This document shows positions 48,222-61,245 of a stretch of DNA of 64,000 nt, piece by piece; position 1 is the first letter of the stretch, and every line of letters begins with the position of its first letter. Source of the DNA: Podarcis tiliguerta (taxonomy: Eukaryota); assembly GCA_965153285.1 (NCBI GenBank), contig OZ229115.1, one strand, 5' to 3'. The notes under the pieces were generated by a model, which saw only the letters and a program-made list of their open reading frames with translations, made no database searches and had not been told where the DNA came from. Both the position numbers and the translations under genes were made by a program.

Positions 48222-50439
48222 CTATGCAGATCCGAATTAATGGGACGCTCAGTCTCTGATGTAAGCGTCTTAATCTTTGTATTATCTATTTCAGCATTTT
48301 GTGTCCTTCTCATGGGGCAGGAGGGCATAATGTGTTGGCTAGTGAGTTACACTCGGCTGCAGACACCAGGTAGATCCCATAGAGAGAGATTTCCATACAA
48401 AAAACCTTCCAAATCTGCTGGTTTATCTTTCTTCTGCATTCTTCAAGAACAGTTGGAACAGGGAAAGAGTCAGGCGACGTATGAGATGGTTCAAAACTAA
48501 TGTAAGATCTGAATCCATTTGAAGTACAATGAGCCCTTCAAATTGTACTTCACTAGTCAATGTACACCTTCTGGACAGAGATGGTTCTCACCCCAGCTCA
48601 AAGCAATGAGCTTCACTTATTGCAGTGGATTTGTAAAGATTTGGGCAGCTGTATTATCAGCCCTCATTAATGCTCTCTGGGATGTCAGTTGTGCCCACTT
48701 GTTCCCAAGCCCAGTTATATTGTGACAACTTAAATGTCCCTGCCAGCTCCAAGAGGTCTCTGCCATACCTTTAGGTGGCCTTAGCCACTCTCTCTCAGAC
48801 TCAGTCTCCCCTCCGTCTCATCTGCAACATAGGAGATACTGTCTTGTGAAACAGGGTTGTAAAATTTACAGCTAGATAATGCATTGTGAAGTACTTTGAA
48901 CATTTGAAACTGCAATATAAATATTAAATCTCATCATCATTATCACCTGAAAACAGTGTAGGTTATTATTGATAAGTCACCTTACACCGTCAGCCGGTCA
49001 GTAAATGTTGGTACAGGGGATGGATTTTAGAGCTGTTTGTCTATTCGACCTTTCCTCTTTCTCTTTTTACTTTCTCTTTTGCAAAAAAATAAAAAAATCA
49101 CATGGTATGTATTTCTCTGAAAGCCCAGCAGCTCCTTAGAGTTATGTTATTGTGTGGAGCTGGTCAGCTTCCAGTTAATAACAAAGTGAATATTTTACCC
49201 TTTGGAGTTGCAGAAGAGAATTGTGCAAAGAAATCTGAAGCGAGTGACTGCAAAAGGCAAACAAAGGCTGACATTTATTACTTTAGACCACATCTCATGA
49301 TTTTGTGGGCTTTGGTCATAATATATGAATGCCTGAGGTTGACAATTAGACTGTTGTGAATGGCTGTGGACAGTGTTAGAAACAGAGATATGAAAGCTAG
49401 GAGTTAAATGGCACCTTAAACCTAGGTTATGGGTGCAACAGTTGAATGTCTAGGCACTTTTTATAACAAGAATACAAAGCTGAAAATGAATGAACTGCAG
49501 TTAAAATATTAGAAGAGAGATCCAGAGGTTTTTTATTTTTATCTTTGCTGCAGCAGCTTCTGACACATAGGAACTACCTGTATCAACAGGGCTTTGGGCT
49601 TCTCTGGTCTTCTCCCTTCTAATCACTAGGTTAATTGGTAGCTGAAGAATTAACAATTTTCCTCTGCCAGGAGCTATGCTTTCTCCTTCCTAGCAAGGGT
49701 TAGGATTATGATTCCTTCTTTCCTCGCCTTCTCTGCCTATGGGGGACTATTGTGGTAGTGGGCCCTTAAACAGGCAGCGCCAGCAGCTTCTCATCTGAGC
49801 AGCTGAGTAATGTGTAGCCAAGCCTTGGATGGAGCTGCAATATCACAGTACGTCAATGGTTCAGTTTATGGGGACACACAAATCAGTGCAAGGATTTATA
49901 GATCCAGGGATATTCTTTTGAGGCAGAGGAATCTTTATTGCTGTGGAATACTGCCTTTTATTGCAGGGTTTCAGCCCCTATCTTATCGTTTGAGAGGAAT
50001 CTTGCAGTCACTTAAAATATTTCCCTGGCTGAGAAGATTCATTGCTGCTGCTACTATATAATGGGACCCCAACATAATGACTCAGAATTATAGCAAAGCA
50101 TTTTATAGCAAATTCCTGTTCACTGTTAAAGTCTTTATAGTGTCAGAGGGAGCCATTTCCAGGTTTGATTTGTATCTGAACTAGGGGCCTGTTTGAATGC
50201 ATTGTACCGAATAAAACAACAGGCAGTTGCACACACATGAACAAACAAGCACCCCGAAACAGAAACTATTCTTGTGCCTGCTTGTTTTGTAATATGGTCA
50301 CACTTGCACACAAATATAAAATGTTTGAGTACAGATCATTCACAGATTATTAGAGTTGCATTAGAAACAGAGTTTCATATCAGCATGCGCGTCCACACAC
50401 GATTGTAAGCATATGTGGGTAAACCTTTAGGTGGCCAAT

Positions 50440-50725
50440 GGCAGTAATTTACAAGTTCAAAATGAAAGCAAGTGCCACAAACAAATAAAAGGCAAAAGCA
50501 AAAAGCAAAAGCAGCAGCAATTAAAAAAACAAAATCAACCCAGAAGTGGATAAAAACCAGCACAGCAGCCAACTGAAAGCAAAAAAACCCCAGCCAAAAA
50601 CCAAAGCACCTCAACAGGTAGAAATTCTTCCTAAAAAGGAAGGTCTTCACCTAGTGATGAAAAGCCAGCAGGTGGACGGGCTGGACAGGCTTCCTTAGGA
50701 AGGTGCAGCCACAGAGAAGACCATG
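50440..50725 (-). mobile_element. L2 LINE 3' remnant, diverged
   Basis: AAGGTCTTCACCTAGTGATGAAAAG...CTTCCTTAGGAAGG...GCCACAGAGAAGACC resembles the reverse complement of an L2 ORF2 end. The adjacent A-rich tract fits the T-rich 3' UTR. Confidence 0.55.
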
Positions 50726-51336
50726 AAGCCAATGAATAAAAGCTCCCCAAACAGCATGAATGTATCTGAATAGAGGTATAAGACTGTTGTAAAAGTGTGT
50801 CAGAGGCTGGAGCCTCAGCAGGGGCACCAGGAGAAAGGAGAGACTGTGCTGCCGTTGACCACTTCCTTGCCTCACCCCTTACCTATCTTCCATACATACT
50901 TTGCAGAAGCTTTTAATAGGGGTCAATGAGTATCATGTATCTCACTCTGGCCCTTCAGTGCCTTGCTTTCCTGCTACAGTTCCCACCTTTGAACGGAGCT
51001 GGGTGATCACACACAGGCTGAATCCCTACATAACACCCCTCAGGTCATCTGCTTTGCTGGTAGCTAGACTGCTCTCCATCCACTTGCTTTTGTTTCTATC
51101 TCCAGTCAGATAGTTTCCATCTCTTTTCAAGCATCAGTCATCTTTCCCTGCAATTCTCCCTCTCTCTGGTGCTTTCGTGACCTCTGTTTAGTAAAGGCAC
51201 CGCCAACATCTCCATAGCAACGCAGGGTGCTCAGAAGGAGATACGGGGATCGGCTGGCCATTGTAGGGCTTTGAGTGATGTTGCCGCTTCTCACAAAGGA
51301 GAGGCACAATAACCACAGATAGCCTGCACATAAATA

Positions 51337-51578
51337 CAGTGGTACCTCGGGTTAAGAACTTAATTCGTTCTGGAGGTCCGTTCTTAACCTGAAACTGTTC
51401 TTAACCTGAGGTACCACTTTAGCTAATGGGGCCTCCCGCTGCCGCTGAGCCGCTGCCGCATGATTTCTGTTCTCATCCTGAGGTAAAGTTCTTAACCTGA
51501 GGTACTGTTTCTGGGTTAGCGGAGTCTGTAACCTGAAGCATCTGTAACCTGAAGCGTTTGTAACCTGAGGTACCACTG
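51337..51578. mobile_element. Tc1/mariner (Tigger-type) MITE
   Basis: TA TSD on both sides; TIR CAGTGGTACCTC(G/A)GGTTA; six internal TAACCTGA repeats; retained CpGs suggest a young copy. Confidence 0.92.
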
Positions 51579-51679
51579 TACCCCCATTGGATTTTGTAAG
51601 GATGGCGGAGTCTTGTCCATAGAGCTGTATGCGGTCACCCACATATTGGATGTATAGCTGTAGAAAGTGAAAAATTAAA

Positions 51680-51897
51680 GATATCACATTTGCATCTCAC
51701 CTTTCCTCCAAGAGCTCAAGATACTGTACCTGGTTCTCCCTATGCCCATTTTATCCTCACAGCACAACCCTGTGTGATAGGTTCGGCTGAGAGATGGTGA
51801 TTGGCCCAAGGTCACCCAGTGAGCTTTGTGTCTTGAGTGGGGGCTTGAACACTGGTCTCCCAAGTATTACTTTGACAGTCTAACCACTACCCACACT
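51680..51897 (-). mobile_element. MIR/Ther1-derived SINE (Squam3-like)
   Basis: CCATTTTATCCTCACAGCACAACCCTGTG...GGCCCAAGGTCACCCAGTGAGCTT...CTAACCACTAC, a CORE-SINE on the minus strand. Confidence 0.8.
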
Positions 51898-52072
51898 TTC
51901 AAGTATATAAGATGTTCAGAACTCACTCACAAACCCTTGGGTGGCATCATGTTTTCATTTTTATACAAAATTCAGGACCACAAATATTAATACTGATCTA
52001 CTGGCCAATGTCTTTCAGAATTAAGAGCTTCTCCATACCTGGGGTTTATACTTGGGGCATCTCCCTTTAGAG

Positions 52073-52208
52073 CAGAAATTGAGAACTTGTGGCACTTCAG
52101 ATATTGCTGGACTGCATCTCCCATCATCCCAGGCTATTGACCATGCTGGTGGGGCTGATGGGTGTTAGAGTCAAACAGCATGTGGAGAGCAACTTGTTTC
52201 CCCATCTT
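52073..52208. mobile_element. Palindromic hAT-type MITE
   Basis: CTCCCATCATCCC...GGGGCTGATGGGTG palindrome; 8-bp TSD CTTTAGAG/CTCTACAG. Related partial copies are at ~4141-4225, ~10560-10655, ~18165-18425, ~35790-35883, ~39816-39922 and ~42358-42475. Confidence 0.7.
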
Positions 52209-52854
52209 CTCTACAGGAACAGGACCCTCTGTCTGGAGCTCTTTCAAACCTCCAGAATTAGACAGAAGCATAGCTAACATAGGCTTTCCTTTATGCAATT
52301 TCATGGAAGACCTGGCCTTGAATTTCATAGCGTTATTATAATGAATAAAGTTATGGGGAGGGGGGGGGTTGTTCGGCAAAAGGCCTGGTTTCTGGTAAGC
52401 CAATTCCATGGTGATCATAGAGACAAATGTGAATAGACTATATTTACAAATACATTTGCATTTGATGCTACAGAGAAGGGAGCTCGGCAGAGTTGGGCTA
52501 TCAGATGATCTTCTCTGAATAACACTTTCTTGGAGGCAGTAATTTACAACCCAAGGATCATGTGCATGTTGTGCTCACACAGACCTACTCTGTGGCGGAT
52601 GGGGTCATCTGGGCTGCTGAGTATGAATGTTGCCTAAATGAGGGCAGACATAGGGGAGTAAAAAGCCTCAGGCAGCTGTCGTAATTGTTGTTTCATGGGC
52701 TCTCTGAGTCTCCAAACTAATGGACGTTTAAGATGTCAAAAATAAGAATAAGTGTAGAACTGAACTAGGGTGCTATTCATACCCTAGATGGATTTGTAAC
52801 TTATGGGAAAGAGAATGAAAAACACTGTAAATAGAATATTCACAAATGCAAGTA

Positions 52855-53104
52855 CAACCGTACCTCGGAAGTCAAACGGAATCCATTCTGGAAGTCTGTT
52901 CGACTTCCAAAACGTTCGGAAACCAGGGCACGGCTTCCGATTGGCTGCAGGAAACTCCTGCAGCCAACCAAAAGCTGTGGAACCCGTGTAGGACTTTCAG
53001 GTTCCAAAGAATGTTCGCAAACCGGAATACTCACTTCCGTGTTTGCGACATTCGGGAGCCAAAACGTTCGACTTGCAAGCCGTTTGGAATCCAAGGTAAG
53101 ACTG
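52855..53104. mobile_element. Tc1/mariner (Tigger-type) MITE, second family
   Basis: TA flanks; TIRs CAACCGTACCTCGGA / TCCAAGGTAAGACTG; internal palindrome TTGGCTGCAGGAAACTCCTGCAGCCAA; repeated AAAACGTTCG. Confidence 0.85.
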
Positions 53105-56100
53105 TATTTTCTGTGTAAAGCCTGCAGTATAAATGTTTCCCTGTCCCCCGACTCCCATATTCAATACATTTGGCTACTTATAAACATGAAGGATTTCAGA
53201 TATGAATCAATCTCTGAGTGGCACGCTAATGTGAGATGGGTTTAATTAATTCTATTTCCATCCCTGAGTGCCAGCAAATATTTATGGAGAATAAAAAATG
53301 TTTGGGAGAGGAGGTGGGAGTGTGCTGGCTTGTACCTTCATGCTCAAGCCCTTCTCAAATGTTATTGGGACTTGAAGGTGCCTGGGGGAGGGGAGGGGCA
53401 TTGTGTACCTGATGGGGCTCTGTATGCACATTAAACTGAACTTACACTTAGACAGTGCCTCTCTGTGTGAATTCTTTCAAAAACTCATATACCATCTGAA
53501 AAGGACTTCAGATTTAAGCAATACACAAGTCCAGGCAGGAACAGCTGAAGGGAGACAATCAGACCCAGCAGCGCAGGGACTGGCTATGGATATATAGTGA
53601 TTCTAGTGCTTAAGATGCTAAAATGACCAAACCCTGCTCTTTTGCCTTTGGGGAAAATGTATTCTAAAATGATCCTGGCCATTTCTTGTGCGTTTTAAGT
53701 ATTTCTGAATGCCAGCTGGGGATTGCTGCTTGCACTACAGATGGCCTTAGCTTTGGCTATTAAGGGTAATATCCCCAACTGATAGCTCCAGCTGTCTTTC
53801 ATTACATGGTATACTATGCAAGGCAAGGTCTTTGAGAAATAACTGATGTGCCATATTTTATATATATATGCTCTTCATGAGTCTTTCTGTAAGCTAGGTA
53901 TAGTGCTTCAGGGATACAGAGGAATATGACCAAAATATGGGCGAGTTAGGTCTGCTTCTTTTAACCCATGATTCTCCGCAATGTCTGCCATGGGTTTCAG
54001 CTCATGCAGACATGGAGAAAGTCACTTGTGTTCATGCCGGTTGGAATGCCAAAAATCAATTCAGATTAATTTCAGCATGTGGTGTCACATGCATACAACC
54101 AATTTGGCTCATAGCAGCACAGCTGTAAAGTAGAGTGGGCTGACTGATAGCAATGGCTGTGGTGAGTCAAAAGTTGTGTTCTGAGGATAATGCCGAAGCC
54201 AGTGCTATGTGGTATACACTTCATTAAGGAGCCAAGTTTCTTTTGCCAACCTAGCAGCACCTGGTCGGACATCCTAGTGAACATGCTGAAGCTTGTTGCA
54301 AACTGTCGTTGCAAATGGAGTTCAAAATTCTACAATAGGAAGGGCAGGGGCCTCTCTGGAAGCAGACTGTGGAAGCAGAGATCAAGTTGGGATTCCTGCC
54401 ATGCCTTGAATGAACGTGGCTCTGCAAATGGTGTACAACACTGAGGCCTGTTAGCAAAACTCACGCTCAGTTATGGGTTTGGGGAATGGTTTGAGTCTTG
54501 TTATTTTATTTGAGTTCCAAACACTGTCAGTGCCAATGGTATCAGACAGGGTAATTAGTGTGGTGGAAAGAAACAACACAACTGCCTGTTCTAAGATCCG
54601 CAAAGATGCTGTGGCTGGTACTCTCGTTCACTTTCAGAAGATGAGCAGAGGCCATAAGGAGAAAACTAACAGCCACAGTTGTTCACAATTTTGGCAGTGT
54701 GCTGCTGTATGCCAGTTTCATTGCAGCTGTGAAATCTAGTTCACATCTGCGCACAGTACAGTGCTCCTTCATTTGCCACCAAGTTCATTAAGCTAGTGCC
54801 AACTGCACAAGTGAACCAGTTGCCTTTAGGAATCCCGCATTCATACTTGTGCTAGTTTGTACCTGTTTGGAAGATGAATATTGCCATGAATGCAGTGCTT
54901 TCTTTATTTTTGTGTACGCATCTGACATTATCTCTGCCTAAAAGCAATCAGTTGTACTAAACTGCTGGGCTGCTACATTTGATGGCTGAAGTGTGGTAGT
55001 GGGGATAAGTGATTGGGGATTGCTGATGCAAGGAAATAAAAAAATATCTATGGCTCCTTTTCATTGCTTGGTGCAAAGTTTCCTGCCCAAATCATCAGCT
55101 GTCTTCCTTGTTGTGCAGTGCCCAGGCTTTCTTTTCCTGTGCTACTTCCTCTCTTCCCTATTAACCCCAATGTCAGCAAAAGTCAGTGCTGATTTGGGGA
55201 CTTTGTGCCTTAAAGAGAAAAGCCCTTGATTTGGCAATTGGGAGTTAATGGCAGGGACAGATGCATTCTACAGATATAAGGGATAGTCGTAAACACTTAG
55301 CTTTTTCATCCAGATTTGTTCATCAGGAATAAATAGCTTGCCATAGCTCTGACTTCAGATCATTAATTGATACCAGTTATGAACTCATATTTAAGGTTGT
55401 GTTCTTAATTATGTAATTGAATATGTGTTATCTTTTAATGTGTGTGGATTACTCATTACTTCTCAAAGTCAGGTCACACATGGTATGATGACTGGGCTAC
55501 TTTCCCCCTTACCATTATTTCAGTGTCTTTGGGGTTGCAATCCTTTGTCTTTTAGTTCTCAATAATTAATGGTAAAGGATGGGGCTGGAAGAAGATACTA
55601 TTTGCTGAAACATCCTGCAGACTATCAGTGCTGGACTGAAGTTCCTCACTTTTAGAATTGCCACTTTAGGAGAGCTATTCTCTCTGCTCACACTAAGAGT
55701 TAAAATGCTATTTGATCTCGGCACAATTTTTTGATTTGTGTAGCAACAAGATATAGAGGGTTCTCTAAACAGTTTCTCGCTATACGCCGATAATTGGCTG
55801 CATGCTCTTGGCTCTGGGCATCTTGGGAGATGTGAAACCTGCTCATGCCAGTGATGCCCCTGTGTTCCTGTAACAACCCTCCCTTTCCATCTTGCTGAAA
55901 GGAACTTTGTAGTGAAGCAAGGTGTTGGCAGGAAACACTTAAGCATGTCCTTAATGGAAACTTTAAATTAATGGTGGGGCCTTCTGCGGAAGTGAAATAT
56001 TGGCAGTGTGGTCTCATAGGGGTGAAACACCATTAAGGATATACTGCTATTTGTGGCTTGTCCTCAGGTCAAGAGTGCTGCACAAAACTGCTCTCCTTTT

Positions 56101-57216
56101 CAGTGGATCAGGTTTTTGCTGGAAGTTGGTCTAAAGAAATGGTGGCTCTAAGTGCTATACATCATTCTGGGGTCAACAGTGTGCTGCACATTGCAGTCGA
56201 GTCATGTCCTTAGACACATGCTACTATTCAGTGCTCATCTTTATGGTCCAGTATTTCTCATGAGGACGTGTGCAGTGGAACAGCAGCATCATTGGGTCCA
56301 CAAAGACCATGATGATCGGGGAGAAAGCTAGAACAAAGCAGCTAATATTGCCAAGAGCTCCTATTGGGGGCAGGGGGTGGGGAGAGAAGAAGCTGGACCA
56401 AACCTTCCTTTCTTCCTTGCATGGTGTGCATAGGGCAGCATGGTTGTTTGATTCAGTGTGGGCATGGCACCACGATTCTTTCAGAGCCACTGGTTTGTTT
56501 CCAGCTGAATATCGCCTCCAAAGTGCAGTTAGGTTTAGCAACTTCATAGGAAACTCTGTGAAGGTGGAAGTAAGGTATTCACATTTCCTTTAGTTTGAAG
56601 CCGATTCAAAACTTGGAACAGGCCAGGGGCTACTATGGTGTGCGTGGCTTGGTGTCATTTCAGAATTCAGGTGGCATTCTTGAACGGTCCATTTCACCAA
56701 TGTCTCTCTGCATATGGAGAATTGGTTAGGGGAAGACTTTCTAGCTGAGCCCTCTCTTTAACATGTTACACTTCAACTGGTAGGTTTTGATGGGGAAAGC
56801 TTTGTGATAAGCCATTTATGTATTTTGAGGCTTAAACTTGGACCCACAGTGCTAAAAAAAAGTCCCTTTCAGCTCTTCTAAGGAGGTCAGCTCCTGTCTA
56901 CTGTCTACTTTAGCATCACCAACACTACTTGGCAGGGCAAGATATGTGTAAGTCCCTCCTAATAGGAAGAAAAATGTATTTATCTTTTGTTAATTAGTCA
57001 TGTAGTTCCCTCCAGCTTTACCTATAGTCATATAGTATGGGATCCATCTGTAATGAGTTTTAGAGGCTATGCCGAGGCTGTGGGTTGCTGCAGAGGAGAC
57101 AGACATGATTGCAACTCTGAATGTTCTTCTCAATCTTTCTGTGCTTTGCTAGACTAATTGGAGGCCCTGGTTCTGAGAACTCTCACTGAACTCTTCTTCA
57201 CCATCCAAGGCCTTTT

Positions 57217-57234
57217 GCTGCCATCTTGTGGCTG
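57217..57234 (-). promoter_or_regulatory. Candidate CTCF site
   Basis: The minus strand reads CAGCCACAAGATGGCAGC, close to the core consensus CCASYAGRKGGCRS. Motif match only. Confidence 0.45.
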
Positions 57235-57695
57235 GATATTGCAGGTGGCACGCTGCTTATACAGGGAGGCAACACAGAAATGTTAAGTGTTGCAGAAGGA
57301 GACTTGATTTGGCAGCTTGTGGTATAATGTGCAAGCCCAGCTCTGAGCTCCTCTCCCCTTAATCGCTTTACCATCCTGCTACTAACTAGTCCTACAAAAC
57401 TGCTTCTAGGGGCCTCTTCATCCCCTTCCCTCTAAATGCTTTTACTTTGAGTCGAGGACAGCACAGATAAATGCACTGTAAATGCATACTTTACAATGCT
57501 GCCCATGTCTTCAAAATTGTAGCTGTGATTTCCGAAATACCTCTCTTTTCTATCCAATAGCCACCTACTATTCCACTTGCTTGCATTTTTACCAGGGCAT
57601 TTCACTCCTGATCTGTGCATCAGTCTCTTTAGCTCCAGTAACCTGTTGGTGAACACCTGTGGCATAATGGCTGTGTATAACCTCCAGTATCAGAG

Positions 57696-58090
57696 TAGGT
57701 AAAGGTGAAGGTAAAGGTAAAGGACCCCTGAACAGTTAAGTCCAGTCAAAGGTGACTATGGGGTTGCAATGCTCATCTCGCTTTCAGGCCGAGGGAGCTG
57801 GTGTTTGTCCACAGACAGCTTTCCGGGCTGTGTGGCCAGTGTGACTAAACTGTTTCTGGCGCGATGGAGGATCTTGACGGAAACCAGAGCACACGGAAAT
57901 GCTGTTTACCTTCCTGCTGCAGCAGTACCTATTTATCTACTAGCGTTGGTGTGCTTTCAAACTGCAAGGTTGGCAGAAGCTGGGACAGAGCAGCGGGAGC
58001 TTATGCCGTCGCACGGATTCGAACTGCTGACCTTCTGATCAGCAAGCCCAAGAGGCTCAGTGGCTTAGACCACAGCGCCACCCTTGCCTC
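57696..58090 (-). mobile_element. Sauria SINE, longer subtype
   Basis: (AAAGGT)n tail, GTACCTATTTATCTAC core, head ending CAGTGGCTTAGACCACAGCGCCACC. It carries extra segments (e.g. TTTGTCCACAGACAGC) absent from the 1487 copy. Confidence 0.92.
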
Positions 58091-61073
58091 TGAAGAGGAG
58101 CAACAGAGAGAGGGCCATTGCACTCATATCTTACTTCTCTCAGACTATTGCATTTGTGCCATAGTGGGCTTCTCATAGGCGGGTAGTTGGCTACCGTGAA
58201 ACCAGATGGACCTTCGATCTGATCCAGCAAGGCTCTTCATATGTAGTTATTCTGAAAACTATGTGACTATTTATAAATGGGACTGTGTGTATAGTTTTAG
58301 GGAGAAAGGAAGAAGAAAAGCAGAGGTGCAATGAATTGTAGTACAAATGCAGTGCTCTTATACCAGAAATATGAATGTATCTACTCTCTGAGAGGTGCAG
58401 AGCATGGGTAGTATGTCTGCACTTAGTTATTAATCATTGCCATGTATCGTGGCAACTTAACTGATGGCTACTTATTCAATAGTAAGTTAATATGTGCCAC
58501 ACTAGATGGTAATGGCATGTTTCCCCCCCTGGTGTACGTGGAATGTTGTCTACTAATGGGAGCTAATAACATGTGTGGTGTGCAATGCATTGAATTTTTC
58601 CATCAGTTGTGCACTGGCTGCTATCCCAAAAGCTCTTATGAGAAAGTTCCACTGAAACTGTATGACTGGGCCAATAGCTTCAAACTGAGCTGATGGAAAT
58701 AAAGCTAAATAGAAATGAATCTTGGAACTTGGTGGCGCTCTGTCCTGAAGTGCTGAACACAGGCCACTTTAGTGAAGGTTGCCTTAGGGAGGACATGCAC
58801 GATTACAGTTTGTATTTATTTATTTATACTTACATTTGGTCATCTCATAAAGTATCAGGGCAATTTACAACAATGTGTAAGTAACAAAACATGAAAAGCT
58901 ATTAAAAACAATTCAGATACAGAATTTCACCACACAAGGCCATCGCCTCACATAGATGCTGAGAGTAGCTTTGGAGGGATTTGAACTTTGTGTCTTTCGT
59001 ATGGTCCATTTGCAAGAAAAGTACTTAGTCTTTGTCTTCTTTCCTGCCATATCCTCAAAGAACCAGTCAATTCTAGGCTGGTTTCTGTGGGATGGGGCCA
59101 CAGAGTCTATTTATGATCCCGATTGTCTTTGACATCTTTTTCTCATGTGGAATGTTTTGACTTTGGGCTTTTTGCAAAAATAATTTAAATTCTTTAACTA
59201 ATTGGCACATATATTCGTGCTTAACAAATCTCTGTGTGTCTTCTTTATGAAACTGCGAGCATCAGTTATACCAGACACTTCCTATGTGGCACTTAAATAA
59301 AGGGAGAAGGACCTGTGGCGCATGCACCTTTATCACCCAAATTTCCCTCTGCTTGCTTCTGGAAAACATTTTAGAAAATGTTTCATTTCTTCAGGTAATA
59401 CCGTATAACTTGTCATTTTTCAAATTGTGCCAGTGTCCAGTAACTCTTCTAAGCCTTAAGAATGTGGGGTCTTATTTCTAGACTGAATGCTCCTTGGTTT
59501 ATCTTCCTGAGCATCGTAGATCATTCACAAAACTGCCTGCCCTTGGAAATGCCCATACAGGCATTTACAAACTGTGATTGCAGCCCCCTTACACCATGGA
59601 TAACAAGAGCCTGCATACATGAAGCCTTTCTGTATAAGGCAGCCTTTGCAGACCTTTGAGTCATCTAAGTAGGTCCTTTCTGAATCCAGACTAATTTTAC
59701 TAGGCATATAAACACAGACACACATAGATACACACAAACACTGATAAATACACCCACTCACCCTCCTAATAAGCCAGCATAGAACAAGCAAACAGAGACT
59801 CCGTTTCATTCTGATTTCCTCAAACAGTGAGCTGTTTTGTATCAACTACCCACAGGAATCTTTGCAGGGAGTCCACTGTTTTGGGTGCTGCTTATCCTCT
59901 GTACATTTTTTGCTGGCCTGTACACAGACAGGCACTGTCCACAACAAACCGCACCATGCAGTCTCAACAGCTTCTGGTCTCTGGCTGACTGCAGCTACAA
60001 TCCTGAACATCCAGTGCTTCCCCACTGAGAACTAAAAGTCCCTTGACACCTGCAAACACAGGCTGAATAGAAAAAGTACAGGGAGAGGAGGCACTTGCTT
60101 GAGAGGGGTCTGCAGGGAGCCCATGGCATCCCTTGTGCTTCAGAACAAAATCCAAGCCAGCTATTGGCAAAGACTCTTATGGTCAATTGTGGAGTGAGGA
60201 AGGGAGATCTGCTTAAAGCTGTAGTTCCCTCAACATGGAATAGTGTTTCCTAGAGAGGTCGCTAAGCATAGCATTTGATTCTTCCAGGCTTCCACTTTGA
60301 TATCTGAATGGGTCAACTCATTTTTTTTTTGCACTGCTTTTCACTACAACTTTTCAGTGATGACCTTCATGGAAGATCAAACTTTTCTCAATTGGAGAGG
60401 CTTGCTGGAATTTGAGAATCTCCTCTTTAGGTGCTGATTCTGTCCTGGTTCTTCCAAACACGGGCAGATGGAGACTCCTACTTGGAAGTATGAAAGAGAT
60501 TATTTATTCAGGCAAGTAATGGTGCAGGCTCAGCAGCAGACACAGTTCTTGGGAGCAGGACAAGGAGAACTGGACAGAAGTGATGGAAGATGTCCTAACA
60601 AGTTTCCCTGCCTCTCCTGCCAAACCTTTGAATGCAAGGTGTTATGTGCTCACTCGCAAGAGTCTCTTGCCTTGTGGAAATATTGCGATTGCAAGTGTGC
60701 GCTCTACTGAGTCTGCTCCCATCTGTGAATGTGGCACCTGATTCTAGGTGACACGACAAGCGCCCTTCTGTTCAGTCGCATCTCATCAGTTCTGCATCTC
60801 CCTGGTTGATCACTATAATTCTTGACCACTGTAGATCAACATAACACATACCAGTCTGTTCAGGAATGGGGCTCTGACCCAATAGAGAGGGACTCAGATG
60901 AGCTTTGGGGGGGCGGGGTTGGGGGAGACATATTGGCTTCACAAGTGGCCTTCAGCTTGTTCAGTCATTGGCTACAACCCATTTTTTAATGATGCAGATG
61001 TGCTCCCTTGTTTCTTGAATATGCAAATAAAGTAGAATGTAGTGAGGGAATAGTGTGAGAGTAGACTGGCCAC

Positions 61074-61245
61074 AGCCATATCATGCATTTAAAACATGTG
61101 GCTTTCCTAGAGGAATCCTGGGAGCTGTAGTTCATTAAGGTTGCTAGGAATTGTAGCTCTCTGAGGGGGGTACACTCCAGTTCCCAGGATTATTTGGGGG
61201 GAGGCAATATGCTTTAAATGAGCTTTAAATGCATGATATGGATAC
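61074..61245. mobile_element. Palindromic MITE (Harbinger-like, tentative)
   Basis: Long inverted arms CCATATCATGCATTTAAA / TTTAAATGCATGATATGG and AATCCTGGGAGCTG / CAGTTCCCAGGATT. Confidence 0.7.

Noticed and set aside
56224-56593. Paired 107-aa ORFs on opposite strands
   Set aside because: Non-ATG starts and no recognisable motif or homology.
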